A DNA stretch of 64,000 bases from an uncultured Acidobacteriota bacterium (GTDB lineage: Bacteria > Actinomycetota > Acidimicrobiia > Spongiisociales > ZC4RG35). The translations under genes and the position numbers were made by a program. The stretch covers positions 107,075 to 171,074 of the forward strand of contig CAWJLJ010000003.1 in the NCBI GenBank assembly GCA_963843585.1. Direction: 5' to 3'. Under the pieces are notes generated by a model. The model worked only from the letters and a program-made list of their open reading frames with translations, made no database searches and was not told the DNA's origin. Shown here in pieces: positions 49,819-60,287 of the stretch (positions within the stretch are counted from its first letter, which is position 1; each line of letters starts with the position of its first letter).

Positions 49819-51162
49819 GTGGCTTCCAGCGACAATCCGTATCGGGGGCTCCCGCCGGTCGACCAGGTGGTCGACGGGCTAGGCGAGACCGCTCTCCCCA
49901 GACTGCTCATCGTCGATTGCGCCCGATCGGCGCTCGACCTCGCCCGCGCCGAGATCGCCAGTGGCGGTGAGCCCGACGTGAGCCGCATCGCCGCCGACCT
50001 GGCGGCCGGGCTGCGGCGGTCGGCAAGCCACAAGGTGATCAACGCCACCGGAGTGCTCCTGCACACCAATCTCGGTCGAGCCCCTCTCTCGCCTGGAGCC
50101 GCCGAGTCCGCGCTGAAGGCAGCCGTCTCCTACACCAATCTCGAGCTCGATCTCGACGACGGAGAACGCGGAGGTCGCGGGGGGTACCTACGTGCTCTCC
50201 TGCAGACACTCACCGGTGCCGAAGACGGTCTCGTCGTCAACAACAACGCGGCGGCGGTGCTGCTCGCCCTGGCCGCCACCGCCTCGGGGCGGGCCGTCCC
50301 GGTGGCCAGAGGGGAGCTCATCGAAATCGGCGGATCGTTCCGGCTCCCATTGGTGATGGAAGCGGGCGGCGCACGACTCGTCGAGGTCGGGACCACCAAT
50401 CGAACCCGGATTGGCGACTACGCCACCGCTCTCCAGATCCACGACTGCGGAGCGGTCTTGAAGGTGCATCCCTCCAACTTCCGGGTCGATGGATTCGTCG
50501 CTGATGTGCCTGTTCGAGATCTGGCCGAGCTCGCTCACGACCAAGACGTCCCGCTGATCCACGATCTCGGGTCTGGCTTGCTCGACAGCGACACTCCGTG
50601 GCTCGGCACCAAGCCCCCCTGGTTGTCCGGAGAGCCGGGGGCCCGCCAGTCGATCGAGGCGGGAGCCGACCTGGTCACCTTCAGCGGCGACAAGCTGGTC
50701 GGCGGGCCACAGGCGGGCATCATCGTCGGCTCCGCCGAGGCGGTTGACCAGCTCCGGCGCAATCCGCTCGCCCGGGCCTTGAGGATCGACGCCATGACCG
50801 ATGCCGCCCTGGCCGTGACGCTCGAGGCCTACGCCAACGGCGAGGCCAATCGGATCCCGATATGGCAGATGGCGACGCTGAGTGAGTCGGACCTCGCGGC
50901 CAGAGTGGACGCTCTTGCCGCCCGGGTTGGAGGAGTGGCCCGGCCCGGAGAATCCGTCGTTGGGGCGGGCAGCCTCCCCGGAGTGGGCATTCCGACACCA
51001 CAGATCGTCCTGAAGGATGAGGACCATCTCCATGGCCGTCTTCTCGGGGCCAACCACCCGGTCCTGACCCGGAGGATGGAAAAGGACCTGATCCTCGACC
51101 TCCGAGCAGTGGCCGAGGAAGACGACGATGTGATCGCGGACATGGTGGCCGGTTGCCGCTGA
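49819..51162 (+). CDS. selA: L-seryl-tRNA(Sec) selenium transferase
   Basis: Intact from GTG 49819. Motifs [25 protein letters not shown] and [17 protein letters not shown] (PLP lysine). Confidence 0.9.
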   Translation: MASSDNPYRGLPPVDQVVDGLGETALPRLLIVDCARSALDLARAEIASGGEPDVSRIAADLAAGLRRSASHKVINATGVLLHTNLGRAPLSPGAAESALKAAVSYTNLELDLDDGERGGRGGYLRALLQTLTGAEDGLVVNNNAAAVLLALAATASGRAVPVARGELIEIGGSFRLPLVMEAGGARLVEVGTTNRTRIGDYATALQIHDCGAVLKVHPSNFRVDGFVADVPVRDLAELAHDQDVPLIHDLGSGLLDSDTPWLGTKPPWLSGEPGARQSIEAGADLVTFSGDKLVGGPQAGIIVGSAEAVDQLRRNPLARALRIDAMTDAALAVTLEAYANGEANRIPIWQMATLSESDLAARVDALAARVGGVARPGESVVGAGSLPGVGIPTPQIVLKDEDHLHGRLLGANHPVLTRRMEKDLILDLRAVAEEDDDVIADMVAGCR

Positions 51163-52908
51163 TCGGGACCGCGGGCCATGTCGACCACGGCAAGTCGACC
51201 CTGGTCGAGGCGCTCACCGGACGTGACCCCGACCGCTGGGCCGAAGAGAAGGAACGCGGGCTGACCATCGATCTCGGGTTCGCCTGGACCACACTCGGAT
51301 CCGCGGGCGAGGTCTCGTTCGTCGACGTGCCCGGGCACGAGCGGTTCCTGAAGAACATGCTCGCCGGGATCGAGGCCATCGACGTCGCATTGTTCGTCGT
51401 GGCCGCCGACGAGGGCTGGATGCCGCAGTCCGAAGAGCATCTGGCCGTGCTCGACCTCCTTGGGCATCGCTTCGGGCGTCATCGCCCTGACCAAGATCGA
51501 CGCCGTCGACCCGGCGGTCGCCGCAGAAGTCGAGATCGAGATCGCGCAGGAACTGGTCGGCACCACGCTGGAAACGGCACCGATCATCCCGGTATCGGCC
51601 AGGACAGGTGAGGGTATGGATCGGCTGCGGGAGGAACTCGCGGCGCGAGTGGCCGATATTCAGCATGGTGGTGACCGGCCGCGGCTGTGGGTCGACCGGG
51701 CCTTCTCGGTTCGAGGCGCGGGCACGGTGGTGACGGGGACTTTGACCGAAGGCCCGCTGAAGGTCGGGGACCATCTCGAGTTGCTGCCGGGCGGCAAACG
51801 GGGCCGGATTCGCGGCATGCAGAGCCATGAGAGTGAGATCGAGACGGCCGAACCGGGGCGACGGCTCGCCTTGAACCTGACAGGAATAGATCGCGAGGAA
51901 GCCTCTCGTGGAACGATGCTGGGCCTGCCCGGTCAGTGGGAGCCGTCGGCTCGATTCACCGCATTGCTGACAGCAGCCCGATACATCGATGCTCTCTCCA
52001 CCCGAGGAGCTTTCCACATCCATCTGGGCAGCGGTGCCCACTCCGCAACGATCAAACGGCTGGAGGACGGGTATGCCTTGATCGAGGTCCCCGTGGCCCT
52101 GCCGATGAGAACCGGCGATCGCTTCATCCTGAGGGAAGCCGGACGTCGTCAAGTGGTCGCCGGCGGCACGGTGATCGATCCGGCACCCGGGTCACCTTCC
52201 CGGGCGATGGCGACGGCACGGCTCATCGACCCATTGGCCGGGAGGGATGATGTCGCGACGGCGCTCCTGGGGGTGCGCGGAATGGACGACGTCGAGCGTC
52301 TTGCCGCGCACAGTGGTGGAGGGCACCCGCAGGGATCGGTCCTGGTCGGCGACACTGCTCTGACCCACGAACGCTTCGATGAGCTCCGGTCTCGGGCGGA
52401 AGCGATCGTCACCGAGCATCACGAGCAGCATCCGCTCCGGCCAGGAATTCCGTTGGCGACACTCTCGGCAACTCTCGGCACGTCGCCCGAGTTGGCTGAG
52501 CTCCTCGTCGAGAGGAGCGATCAGATCGTTCGCAGTGGCCCTGACGTCTCGACCCGACAGCATCGTTCGAGCTTGGACCCGGATTCACAACTCAGGTGGG
52601 AGAAAGCTCGAGCCAGGTTGAGCGAGAGCTTGGCGGTGCCTGACGCCGACGCACTCGGTCTGGGCGACGAGCTGATCCATTTGTTGATCAGGGAGGCCAG
52701 GCTGGTCCGTGTCTCCGACACCCTCGTCTATCTGCCCGAGCAGATCGAAGAGATCAAGCGAATGCTGGGTGAGATGACAGAGCCATTCACCGTGGCCCGT
52801 TTCCGCGACCACACCGGGCTGTCACGGAAGTACGTGGTGCCCATCCTCGAGTGGGCGGATAGAGAAGGGCTCACCATCCGGCGGGGCGATGTGCGCCACC
52901 TTCGGTGA
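51153..52908 (+). CDS. selB: selenocysteine-specific translation elongation factor SelB, 1 frameshift
   Basis: The TTG start overlaps the selA end. It reads [20 protein letters not shown] and DVPGHERF, then shifts near 51462 (extra G in a G run) to ORF 51460..52908. The C-terminal winged-helix region contains [27 protein letters not shown]. Confidence 0.85.
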
Positions 52909-52930
52909 GCCCTGACTCCGGTGCCGGTGG

Positions 52931-53170
52931 TCATCCAACCAGCGGCATGCTCCTTCTCTCTACTTCGGTAAAACCTCCCCAGATACCGAACGGTTCCCGG
53001 ATCTGGAGGGCGTGTGTGGTGCAGGGGACCCGCACCGGACATACCCCGCAAATCGCTTTCGCCTTCATCTCTCTGCGCTCCCGCTCGTCTTTGCGTTCGA
53101 ACGTCGAGGGCGGAAAGAAGAGGTAGGCATGACTCCCTCTGCAGAGGGCGTCGAGCTGCCAATCGTCCAT
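52931..53170 (-). CDS. WhiB family transcriptional regulator
   Basis: MDDWQLDALC..AICGVCPVRVPC..FGIWGG. Four Cys plus the GIWGG turn. Confidence 0.8.
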   Translation of the reverse strand: MDDWQLDALCRGSHAYLFFPPSTFERKDERERREMKAKAICGVCPVRVPCTTHALQIREPFGIWGGFTEVERRSMPLVG

Positions 53171-53259
53171 GCCCGACAAACGGACTCCTCCCTGTCTAGC
53201 GACAACCGGCGCGAACCTACACAGGGCAATGCCCGGCGGCAAGGAAGAAAATGGGGATT

Positions 53260-54494
53260 TCAAGAATCAGTTTTCGCGGGGTCGGTGGCCGGCTCGACCT
53301 CCAGGAACATCCCATCGACGCCCGAGACCAGTATCTCGGACCCGGCGACGAGCCCCGCCTCACGGTGGGCGGTCGCCCGCCACCGTGCGCCTTTGACCTC
53401 GACGATGCCGTCAGGGTCGAACCCACCGACCGCGATTCCCCTCTCCCCGATGAGACCGTCTCGTCCGATCGTTCTGGTCGAGAACCTCGCTCGTTGCACG
53501 GTGGGCATCGCCAGTAGGAAGAAGAAGAGGGCTGCCAGCACCGAGGGCAGGACCAGATACCAACGAGGGTCGATCTGCCCTGAGCCGAAGACGAAGAACG
53601 ACCCGGCCACCTGGAGCATCACCGCGCCGATCGATGGTGAGGACGAGCACTCCGCCCTTCTGATAGGCGGCCGTCAGCAATGCCCAGCCGGCGACGGCGA
53701 GGGCGAGGGCCCACCACCTCACCGGAAGAGTGACGATGCCCCAGCCGGCGAGGAGGAGGGAAATCGCCGCCACACCGGCTGCCACACCGGGACCGATGGC
53801 GAAGAACTCGAAGGAGGCGATGGTGAGCCCGACTACCAGGAAGAAGAACGCCGCCTCGGGAGTGGCGGCAAGACGCCAGAAGCGGGTGGCCAGACCGGGT
53901 TGCCGGAAGGTCACCGGCTTGAGGGTGACACCGTCCTCGAATGGCTTCAGGGTCTCGACGGTCGACCGGACCTGTCGGCCGTTTCGAAGGTGACCCCGTC
54001 CAGGTCCTGGAGATACTGGCGAATCGAGGGCTAGATCTCGAGTCCCGAATCCTCCTCAGGCGGTCACGTGACCGACCACGAGCGGTGGCTCACCTCCGAT
54101 CCGACGACCTTGGGCGACGAAAGTCCGATGCTCGTAACCGGCGGAGACTGGCACGATGCTCGGCGTCGTAGACGATCTAGCCGCCCCGCCATACGCCACA
54201 GCAGGCGCAGGGCCGACCCAAACCGCCAAGGGCAAGGGGTGGGTTCTCGACCACGTCCAGCAACGCTTCCAGGGCCTCAGGCGATCCAGTACGGCCGGGG
54301 AATTGATCTGGAGCACCGCCATCACCTGATCATTCGACCGCCGCCTTCTCGATCGAGGTGCGCATGAAATCGAGGGCAGAGGCGTCGAGCGGGCCGCTGA
54401 CATCGATTACGTCGATGCCGGGCTCTCCCTCGACGTCACCTGAACATGCGGCGACGACCAGGAGCAGACCGGCGACAAGGAGGGTGCGACGCAC
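53260..54494 (-). pseudogene. NfeD-family membrane-bound ClpP-class serine protease, heavily disrupted
   Basis: The following are recognisable but spread over all three frames with in-frame stops: the signal/lipobox (VRRTLLVAGLLLVVAAC), the ClpP-like part (VLQINSP, LAVWVGPAPAVAYGGAA), the TM bundle (ORF 53411..53914) and the C-terminal OB domain (ORF 53260..53622, GIVEVKGARWRA). Confidence 0.65.
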
Positions 54495-54562
54495 GTTTCG
54501 GGAGGTTAGGAGAGGTTCTGTGGCAAGAAGCCGGGGTCGAACACGTCACTAACGTGCGACCC

Positions 54563-54925
54563 ATGCCCCTGGCCCTCGTGATCGCAGACGCCGAATGGGT
54601 GGTCAATGACATCCTCGCCTCGCTCCCCTGGGGTGACTGGGAGGTCGACGTGCTCGATGACCCCGTTCAATCCGGGGCCAAAGTCGCCGACACCGCCCCC
54701 GACGTGGTCATCGTCGATCTCCAGGTCAGGAACATGGGTGGCATGGCCGTTGTCCGGCAGATCAAGGCGTCGATGGAAGGCGAAGACCTTCCCCGCCTCG
54801 TGATTCTTCTCGATCGTGAGGTAGACGGATTCCTGGCCAAGCGAGCCGGCGCCGACGCATGGGTCGTCAAACCTTTCTCCTCCCACGAACTCCGCGTCGC
54901 CCTCGGCGCCACAACCCCGGTCTGA
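54563..54925 (+). CDS. stand-alone response regulator receiver domain protein
   Basis: MPLALVIAD.., the phospho-acceptor context DVVIVDLQV, and AWVVKPF. An alternative GTG start lies at 54554. Confidence 0.75.
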   Translation: MPLALVIADAEWVVNDILASLPWGDWEVDVLDDPVQSGAKVADTAPDVVIVDLQVRNMGGMAVVRQIKASMEGEDLPRLVILLDREVDGFLAKRAGADAWVVKPFSSHELRVALGATTPV

Positions 54926-54929
54926 ATCG

Positions 54930-55817
54930 CTAGCCCATCGTCCAGCCGCGGGCGTTGGTGACCAGCGTCTTGAAACCACACCGCCCGAGTTGCTCAAGAT
55001 GCTCCTGCGGTTCTTGCTCGGAGTGGTAGTCGATGAGGGTCTCGATCCCACCCTGCAGCAGCCACTCCGCCCCCACCGAATAGAGGTGTGGGACCACCGT
55101 GTCCGGGTCGACTCCGTCCTCGACCTCGAGATTCCCGACATCGGCCCAGCCTCTCGACGCGTTGCTCCTCGCGAGCTCGGCGCTGAGCTGGCAGACCTCG
55201 ATGTAGCCGATGGTGTTGCCCTCCTGGCTGAGATCGAACCGAGTTCCCAGGGTCCCAACGGAACGACGCTGCTCCCACGACTCGGGCCACGGTTGGTTCA
55301 GATCTGCGCAGGGCACCGTTAGGACCATCTCTTCCCGAATGGGAGCGAAACCTGCCTCCGAGTAGAGAGACCTGATGTGAGGCCAGGTGTCGGGCACTCC
55401 GTAACAAGCGGGTGCTGGAAGCGACCCATCTGCGTATCGGACCCTGACCTGCCACGCATCGAGAACCGCCAGACAGCTATCCATGAGTCGGCGACCGGCT
55501 TCGGGTGCCGCTGGTGAAAAGATCAGCCAGCGGATCTCGCCCGCATCCGCGAAATCCGGTGAGACGTCGGGGTCGCTTCCGAAGCGGTGGAGGAGGGCAG
55601 CGGCGTGAAGTCTGTCCTGGTCGTCAGTCGCTACCAAGCACATTCGCTCGACCACCCAGGGATCGACGATCGTCTCGAGTGGCTCCCGTTCGAGCTGGGA
55701 CATGACAGTGTTGACCGAGACCGCCACTCCCGGGATCACCGCCGAGATGTGGAGATTGACCAGTTCGGTGAGCTGATCGCGGTCGTGCCGCTCGAATGAC
55801 CGGACTTTCTGGGGCAT
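54930..55817 (-). CDS. GNAT-like acetyltransferase family protein (two-lobed)
   Basis: Intact from MPQKVRSFERHDRDQLTELVN. The assignment rests on general GNAT-like pattern only. Confidence 0.55.
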   Translation of the reverse strand: MPQKVRSFERHDRDQLTELVNLHISAVIPGVAVSVNTVMSQLEREPLETIVDPWVVERMCLVATDDQDRLHAAALLHRFGSDPDVSPDFADAGEIRWLIFSPAAPEAGRRLMDSCLAVLDAWQVRVRYADGSLPAPACYGVPDTWPHIRSLYSEAGFAPIREEMVLTVPCADLNQPWPESWEQRRSVGTLGTRFDLSQEGNTIGYIEVCQLSAELARSNASRGWADVGNLEVEDGVDPDTVVPHLYSVGAEWLLQGGIETLIDYHSEQEPQEHLEQLGRCGFKTLVTNARGWTMG

Positions 55818-55896
55818 GGCGGATCCTCCATGAATCAGATGTGATCGGATGGAGCCGCTGTCGGTGCGGTGCACGCCTCAGGCTACCGAACGGTAC

Positions 55897-56334
55897 TCAC
55901 GGGCTCGTTGGGATTTCCAACCGGAGGATGAGCATCGGAAGCCCCGACTCATCATCCGTTCGTCGTTCATGGTCGACAAATCCACAGGACCGATAGAAGG
56001 CGATCGCCTTCTCGTTGGCCTCGAAGACCTCGACGAAGACCGGATCATGGAGCAGCCGGGCGTGCTCGACGAGGGCGCGGCCGTGACCGTGTCCCTGATG
56101 GGCCGGGTGAGTGAACAGCCCGCCGATCAAATGATCGATGATCGACATGAAGGCGACCAGCTCACCGTCTTGCTCAACTACCCAGGTCTCGGCGACAGGG
56201 AGCAGCTCATCTCGCACATCCCCTTCCATGGCCCGCCAATGTTCCTCCGGGAGGAACGACTGGCCGGGGATGGTGGAGGCGAGCCAGACATCGACGAGCT
56301 CATCGACCTCGACCGGGTCGAACCGTCGAATCAC
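55897..56334 (-). CDS. GNAT family N-acetyltransferase
   Basis: Intact 145 aa. The acetyl-CoA motif is HPAHQGHGHGRALVEH, followed by AIAFYRSCGF. Confidence 0.8.
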   Translation of the reverse strand: MIRRFDPVEVDELVDVWLASTIPGQSFLPEEHWRAMEGDVRDELLPVAETWVVEQDGELVAFMSIIDHLIGGLFTHPAHQGHGHGRALVEHARLLHDPVFVEVFEANEKAIAFYRSCGFVDHERRTDDESGLPMLILRLEIPTSP

Positions 56335-57123
56335 CTTGCGACTACCTGCTCATCGACAAACACGTTGATCTCCTCGGCCAGCTCGGCTCCCGAGGCCAAT
56401 CCGGGGTCGTTGTGATCGAGGCCTTCCATCTCCACCAGTCGCTTGGGTTCGTTCGCAGCCTCGAAGACCCTCAGGCTGAGCCGGGGCGGCACGATGGAGT
56501 CAGCAGCGCCGAGAATCACGAGGAGCGGCACATGCAACTCTGCCACCGTCTTCTCGACCTCATACCTGTCTCGCAAGAGGACTGTCGGCACGATTCGATA
56601 ATGGGTGCGGGCCATATCGGAGAGAGAGGTGAACGGGGAGCGCAGCACGAGAGCATCAGGCGCGACCTCGGCCGCCAGCAGAGTGGCTACACCCGCACCG
56701 AGGGATTCCCCGAAGTACACCACCGGCAGGTCGGTGTCGAACGCCGGCCCCGCCACGGCCCTCGCATCCTCGAGCAGGCCCTCTTCGCTCGGGCGTCCCA
56801 TCGTGTCGCCGTACCCCCGATAGTCGAAGAGCATTACTTCCATCCCCTCCGCGGCCAGACTGTCGGCAAGGGAGAGACGATGGCTCTTGTTGCCGGCGTT
56901 GCCGTTGAACACCACCAACCGAGCCGCCGCTTCACCTTCCGCCGGGACGAGCCACAGTTCGTGAACGATCCCGTCCGACGTCTCGACCGTCGCTCACCGT
57001 GACCCCTGCCGGTGGTGACGCCGGATTCTGATCGGGCAGATAGATCAGCTGCCGCTGGAACAGCCACAGCGCCGCCATCAGGAGGATCCAGATGCCGGCA
57101 ATTCCGGCCAACGCCCTGATCAT
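56331..57123 (-). CDS. alpha/beta hydrolase with N-terminal anchor, 1 frameshift
   Basis: MIRALAGIAGIWILLMAALWLF.. then shifts near 56990 to ORF 56331..56918. The nucleophile elbow is GESLGAG, and a C-terminal DHND is present. Confidence 0.8.
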
Positions 57124-57203
57124 GGTTCGACTCTGCACACCGCCACCAAGCATCGCGGGCTAATCACCCCGATGCACCGTCGTGGGGCTGCGAACCTGAG
57201 AGC

Positions 57204-57816
57204 ATGGATGCCCCGGAGCTGATCGCAGTCAGGGCGGCCCTGGCGGAGGGCGCCGAGCCGAGCACGGTTGTGCTCGTCGAAGGTGCCAGCGACCAGGCAG
57301 CTCTACAGACTCTGGCCGGACGCTATGGCCGGGACCTAACAGCGGAAGGAGTCTCCATCGTCCCGATGGGAGGAGCGACGACCATCGGACATTTCCTCGA
57401 CCTGCTCGGCCCAAATGGCCACGACTATCAGACTTGCCGGGCTCTGTGACGCCGGAGAAGAGGGCGACTTCAGACGCGAGCTGGAGCGGGCCGGCATGGG
57501 CATCCACCCGACTCGGGACGATCTGGAGTCCGTCGGGTTCTTCGTCTGCGTCGCCGACCTGGAGGATGAGCTGATCCGCGCCCTTGGGCCCGATGCGGTC
57601 GTGGAGATCATCGACGCCCACGGCGAGCTCGGGTCCCTTCGCATCCTGCAGCGACAGCCGTTCCACCGTGACCGCACCATCGAACAGGTCCTGTGGCGCT
57701 TCATGGGCTCCCGGTCCGGACGCAAGTCCACCTATGCCCGCCTGCTCGTCGAGGCATTGGATCTGGATCGCGTGCCACCACCGTTGGACGGTGTCCTGGA
57801 GTACGTGAAGCCCTAG
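57204..57816 (+). CDS. stand-alone TOPRIM domain protein (OLD-nuclease-like C-terminal module), 1 frameshift
   Basis: VVLVEGASDQAALQTLA..SIVPMGGATT, then ORF 57415..57816 (RLAGLCDAGEE, FVCVADLEDELIRALG). The break is near 57425. Confidence 0.65.
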
Positions 57817-58641
57817 AGGATCCTGTTGATCTCGAGTATCAGGTGGCTCAGCCCGGCCAGCGCAGCAGCTGCTGCGAGCCCGGCCCCGAGCCGACGTTGA
57901 ATGAGGCTCGGCTCGGTCTTCCCCCGGATCCGGTCGACCCACCACCAGATCGTCACCAGCGCCGTGGCACAAACGAAGACGCCGGTCCAGATCGGCGGGT
58001 AGGCACGCTCGTCGAAGCCCGGCATGAACTGAAGGAGCAGGCCGAGCGGGACGAAGATCAACCCCACCGCGGTGACCAGCCCATAGACAACTACCGGTCC
58101 CGCCCGATCCGCTCGAGGGAGCCTGCGGTCGAGAAAGCGGTCGAGGGCTGACAGGACCGCACCGAAAACGAACACGAGCGCCAACAGCAAGACGATGTCG
58201 AGAGCCGGCCCTTCGAGAATGTCGAAATCTCTGTTGTCCGAGGAAACCAATTGGAATCCGCCGATGGCGACTGCCCCGAGGCCGACGACCGCCCATCTCA
58301 CGGGTATCCACGGTTTCATCACGACCCACACCGGAGCCGCAATCAGCCCACCGGCGACGCCGCCGAACAACATGCAGGCCGACAGTCCCTTCGACGGTGA
58401 ACACTCCGACCTCGTTGCCGTTCTCGGTGAAGCGCCCGATCGCCTCGGGATGCAGGAGGCGACTGAGGAACATGACCAGCCGACCGCCAAGCCCGAGGAC
58501 CAGAGTCCCTGAGATCAGACTGGCAATTCCACCGACTGAGATGTCACGAAGGATTTGTGGCCCGACGTCCCGGATTCCGCGGCGAGAGATCACATCTGCC
58601 GGGGTGTCCGTCGCGCCGTTGTCGGGATGGACTTCGGCCAT
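57813..58641 (-). CDS. hypothetical multi-pass membrane protein, 1 frameshift
   Basis: The N-terminus is in ORF 57229..58674 (from MAEVHPDN) and the rest is in ORF 57813..58490. About 6 TM helices. The break is near 58385. Confidence 0.55.
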
Positions 58642-58715
58642 CACCAACTCCCAGGCGAACGCGACATCCTCCACAAGCTATTCGCCTGGGTCTGCGGCGA
58701 TCCCTATCCACGAAT

Positions 58716-58741
58716 CAGGGCCGTCCTCGCGAACGGCCCTG
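58716..58741 (-). terminator. 9-bp hairpin just downstream of tRNA-Pro
   Basis: CAGGGCCGT-CCTCGCGA-ACGGCCCTG lies 16 nt from the tRNA 3' end. Confidence 0.5.
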
Positions 58742-58756
58742 ACCTGGGTTTCTGAG

Positions 58757-58830
58757 TCGGGACGGCGGGATTCGAACCCACGACCTCAGCGTCCCGAACG
58801 CTGCGCGCTACCAAGCTGCGCCACGTCCCG
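58757..58830 (-). tRNA. tRNA-Pro (anticodon CGG)
   Basis: The minus strand reads CGGGACGTGGCGCAGCTTGGTAGCGCGCAGCGTTCGGGACGCTGAGGTCGTGGGTTCGAATCCCGCCGTCCCGA. It folds as a full cloverleaf with a 7-bp acceptor stem, anticodon loop TTCGGGA and T-loop TTCGAAT. CCA is not encoded. Confidence 0.95.
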
Positions 58831-58953
58831 ATTGATGGCCCGATGGTAGGCGAGGCGCGGATCCAAGCCCATTCCCTCAGACGAGAAGAACCGCTTCCCT
58901 CCGGGAAAACCCCGGATACTCTTATCCTGCTGTTGCAGACAGGTCAGGGGAGG

Positions 58954-59280
58954 ATGATGACTGCTTACGATGCGCGGCTCCGACTGGACGGAACCGACGA
59001 AGCCCCGATCAGCGTGCTGATCGATCTAACCGACGATCGGCTATCCATGATGGCGGGGGAGATCGAGGTCGGAGACTGGGCACGGAACGAGATCCGTGTC
59101 TCCGCGATGCCCGATGGATTCCATGTGCGAGCGGAGGGTGAGGAGATCATCCTCGACGTCACCGATGACGCCCGCTTCGCCCTCGACCTCGGGCTGCGTA
59201 ATGCCCCGCCCCTGTTGCGGCGTCGCATGTCGGCATTGCTCAGGAACGACGGCCCGACCGCGGAACCGCCTCCGAACTAG
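58954..59280 (+). CDS. small hypothetical protein
   Basis: GGGGAGG RBS and 108 aa (MMTAYDARLRLDGTDEAPISVLIDLTDDRL..). No family recognised. Confidence 0.5.
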   Translation: MMTAYDARLRLDGTDEAPISVLIDLTDDRLSMMAGEIEVGDWARNEIRVSAMPDGFHVRAEGEEIILDVTDDARFALDLGLRNAPPLLRRRMSALLRNDGPTAEPPPN

Positions 59281-60287
59281 AGCAGCTCGGCGATCTGGAC
59301 CGCGTTGAGGGCCGCGCCCTTGCGCAGATTGTCGCCGACCACCCAGAGGTTGATGCCACCCGGGTGACCCACAGTCGGGCGGATCCGACCCACCAGCACA
59401 TCGTCGATCCCGGCCGAGTCGAGCGGGGTTGGCACGTCGTCGGCCCAAACCTGGACGCCGGGCGCTGTCTCCAGGATCTCGGTCGCCTCGTCCGGCTCGA
59501 TCGGCCGCTCGAAGCGAAGTGAGGCAACAACACCATGGCCCACCAGAACGGGCACGCGGACACAGGTTGGCTCCACGTGGAGGCCCGGGAGGTCGAGGAT
59601 CTTCCTCGACTCGTTGACCAGCTTCCACTCCTCGTCGGTGTAACCCTGCTCGGTCACCGACCCGGCCAGCGGGAGGACGTTGAATCCAATCGGTCTGGCG
59701 TAGAGCGACGGTCGGGGATCAGCCCACCCGCCGGTCATCAGGGCGTCGAGGTCGGTACGAAGGAGATCGGTCTGCTCCACCAGCTCCACAACGCCCTGCT
59801 GGCCGGAGCCGGACACCGACTGGTACGAGGTGGCCACCATGCTGCGAAGACCGGCGGCCCTGTGGAGCGGGCCCGCCGCCATCATCAGGGTCATCGTCGT
59901 GCAGTTCGGGTTGGCGATGATCCCGCGATGAGCCCCGACCGCGGCGTCGTTGACTCCGGCAACGATGAGGGGGACGCTCGGGTCCATCCGGAAAGCCGAC
60001 GAGTTGTCGATCACCACGGCACCTGCATCTGCGAATCGTGGTGCGTGGGCCCGGGAGCGATCACCACCGGCGGAGAACAGGGCGATGTCGATTCCGGACG
60101 GGTCGGCCAAGGCGAGATCCTCGATCTCGACTTCGCCCCAACTCGTCTCGATGACCGAACCGGCGGACCGCTCCGACGCCAGAAGGCGCAACGACCCCAG
60201 AGCGAAGTCCCTCGACTCGAGAATCGCCCTCATGGTGCGGCCGACGGCGCCCGTCGCCCCGACCACCGCGACCACCCGGTCGCTCAC
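59277..60287 (-). CDS. asd: aspartate-semialdehyde dehydrogenase
   Basis: Intact 336 aa. Motifs [11 protein letters not shown] and IANPNCTT (active-site Cys). GTGA overlap with the lysC stop. Confidence 0.95.
   Translation of the reverse strand: MSDRVVAVVGATGAVGRTMRAILESRDFALGSLRLLASERSAGSVIETSWGEVEIEDLALADPSGIDIALFSAGGDRSRAHAPRFADAGAVVIDNSSAFRMDPSVPLIVAGVNDAAVGAHRGIIANPNCTTMTLMMAAGPLHRAAGLRSMVATSYQSVSGSGQQGVVELVEQTDLLRTDLDALMTGGWADPRPSLYARPIGFNVLPLAGSVTEQGYTDEEWKLVNESRKILDLPGLHVEPTCVRVPVLVGHGVVASLRFERPIEPDEATEILETAPGVQVWADDVPTPLDSAGIDDVLVGRIRPTVGHPGGINLWVVGDNLRKGAALNAVQIAELL

Noticed and set aside
58642-58953. Integrase/att-flanked mobile element at tRNA-Pro
   Set aside because: No integrase, recombinase or transposase gene is present. 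I could find no repeat of the tRNA 3' half within the window. The neighbouring genes on the other side (asd-lysC) are core genes.
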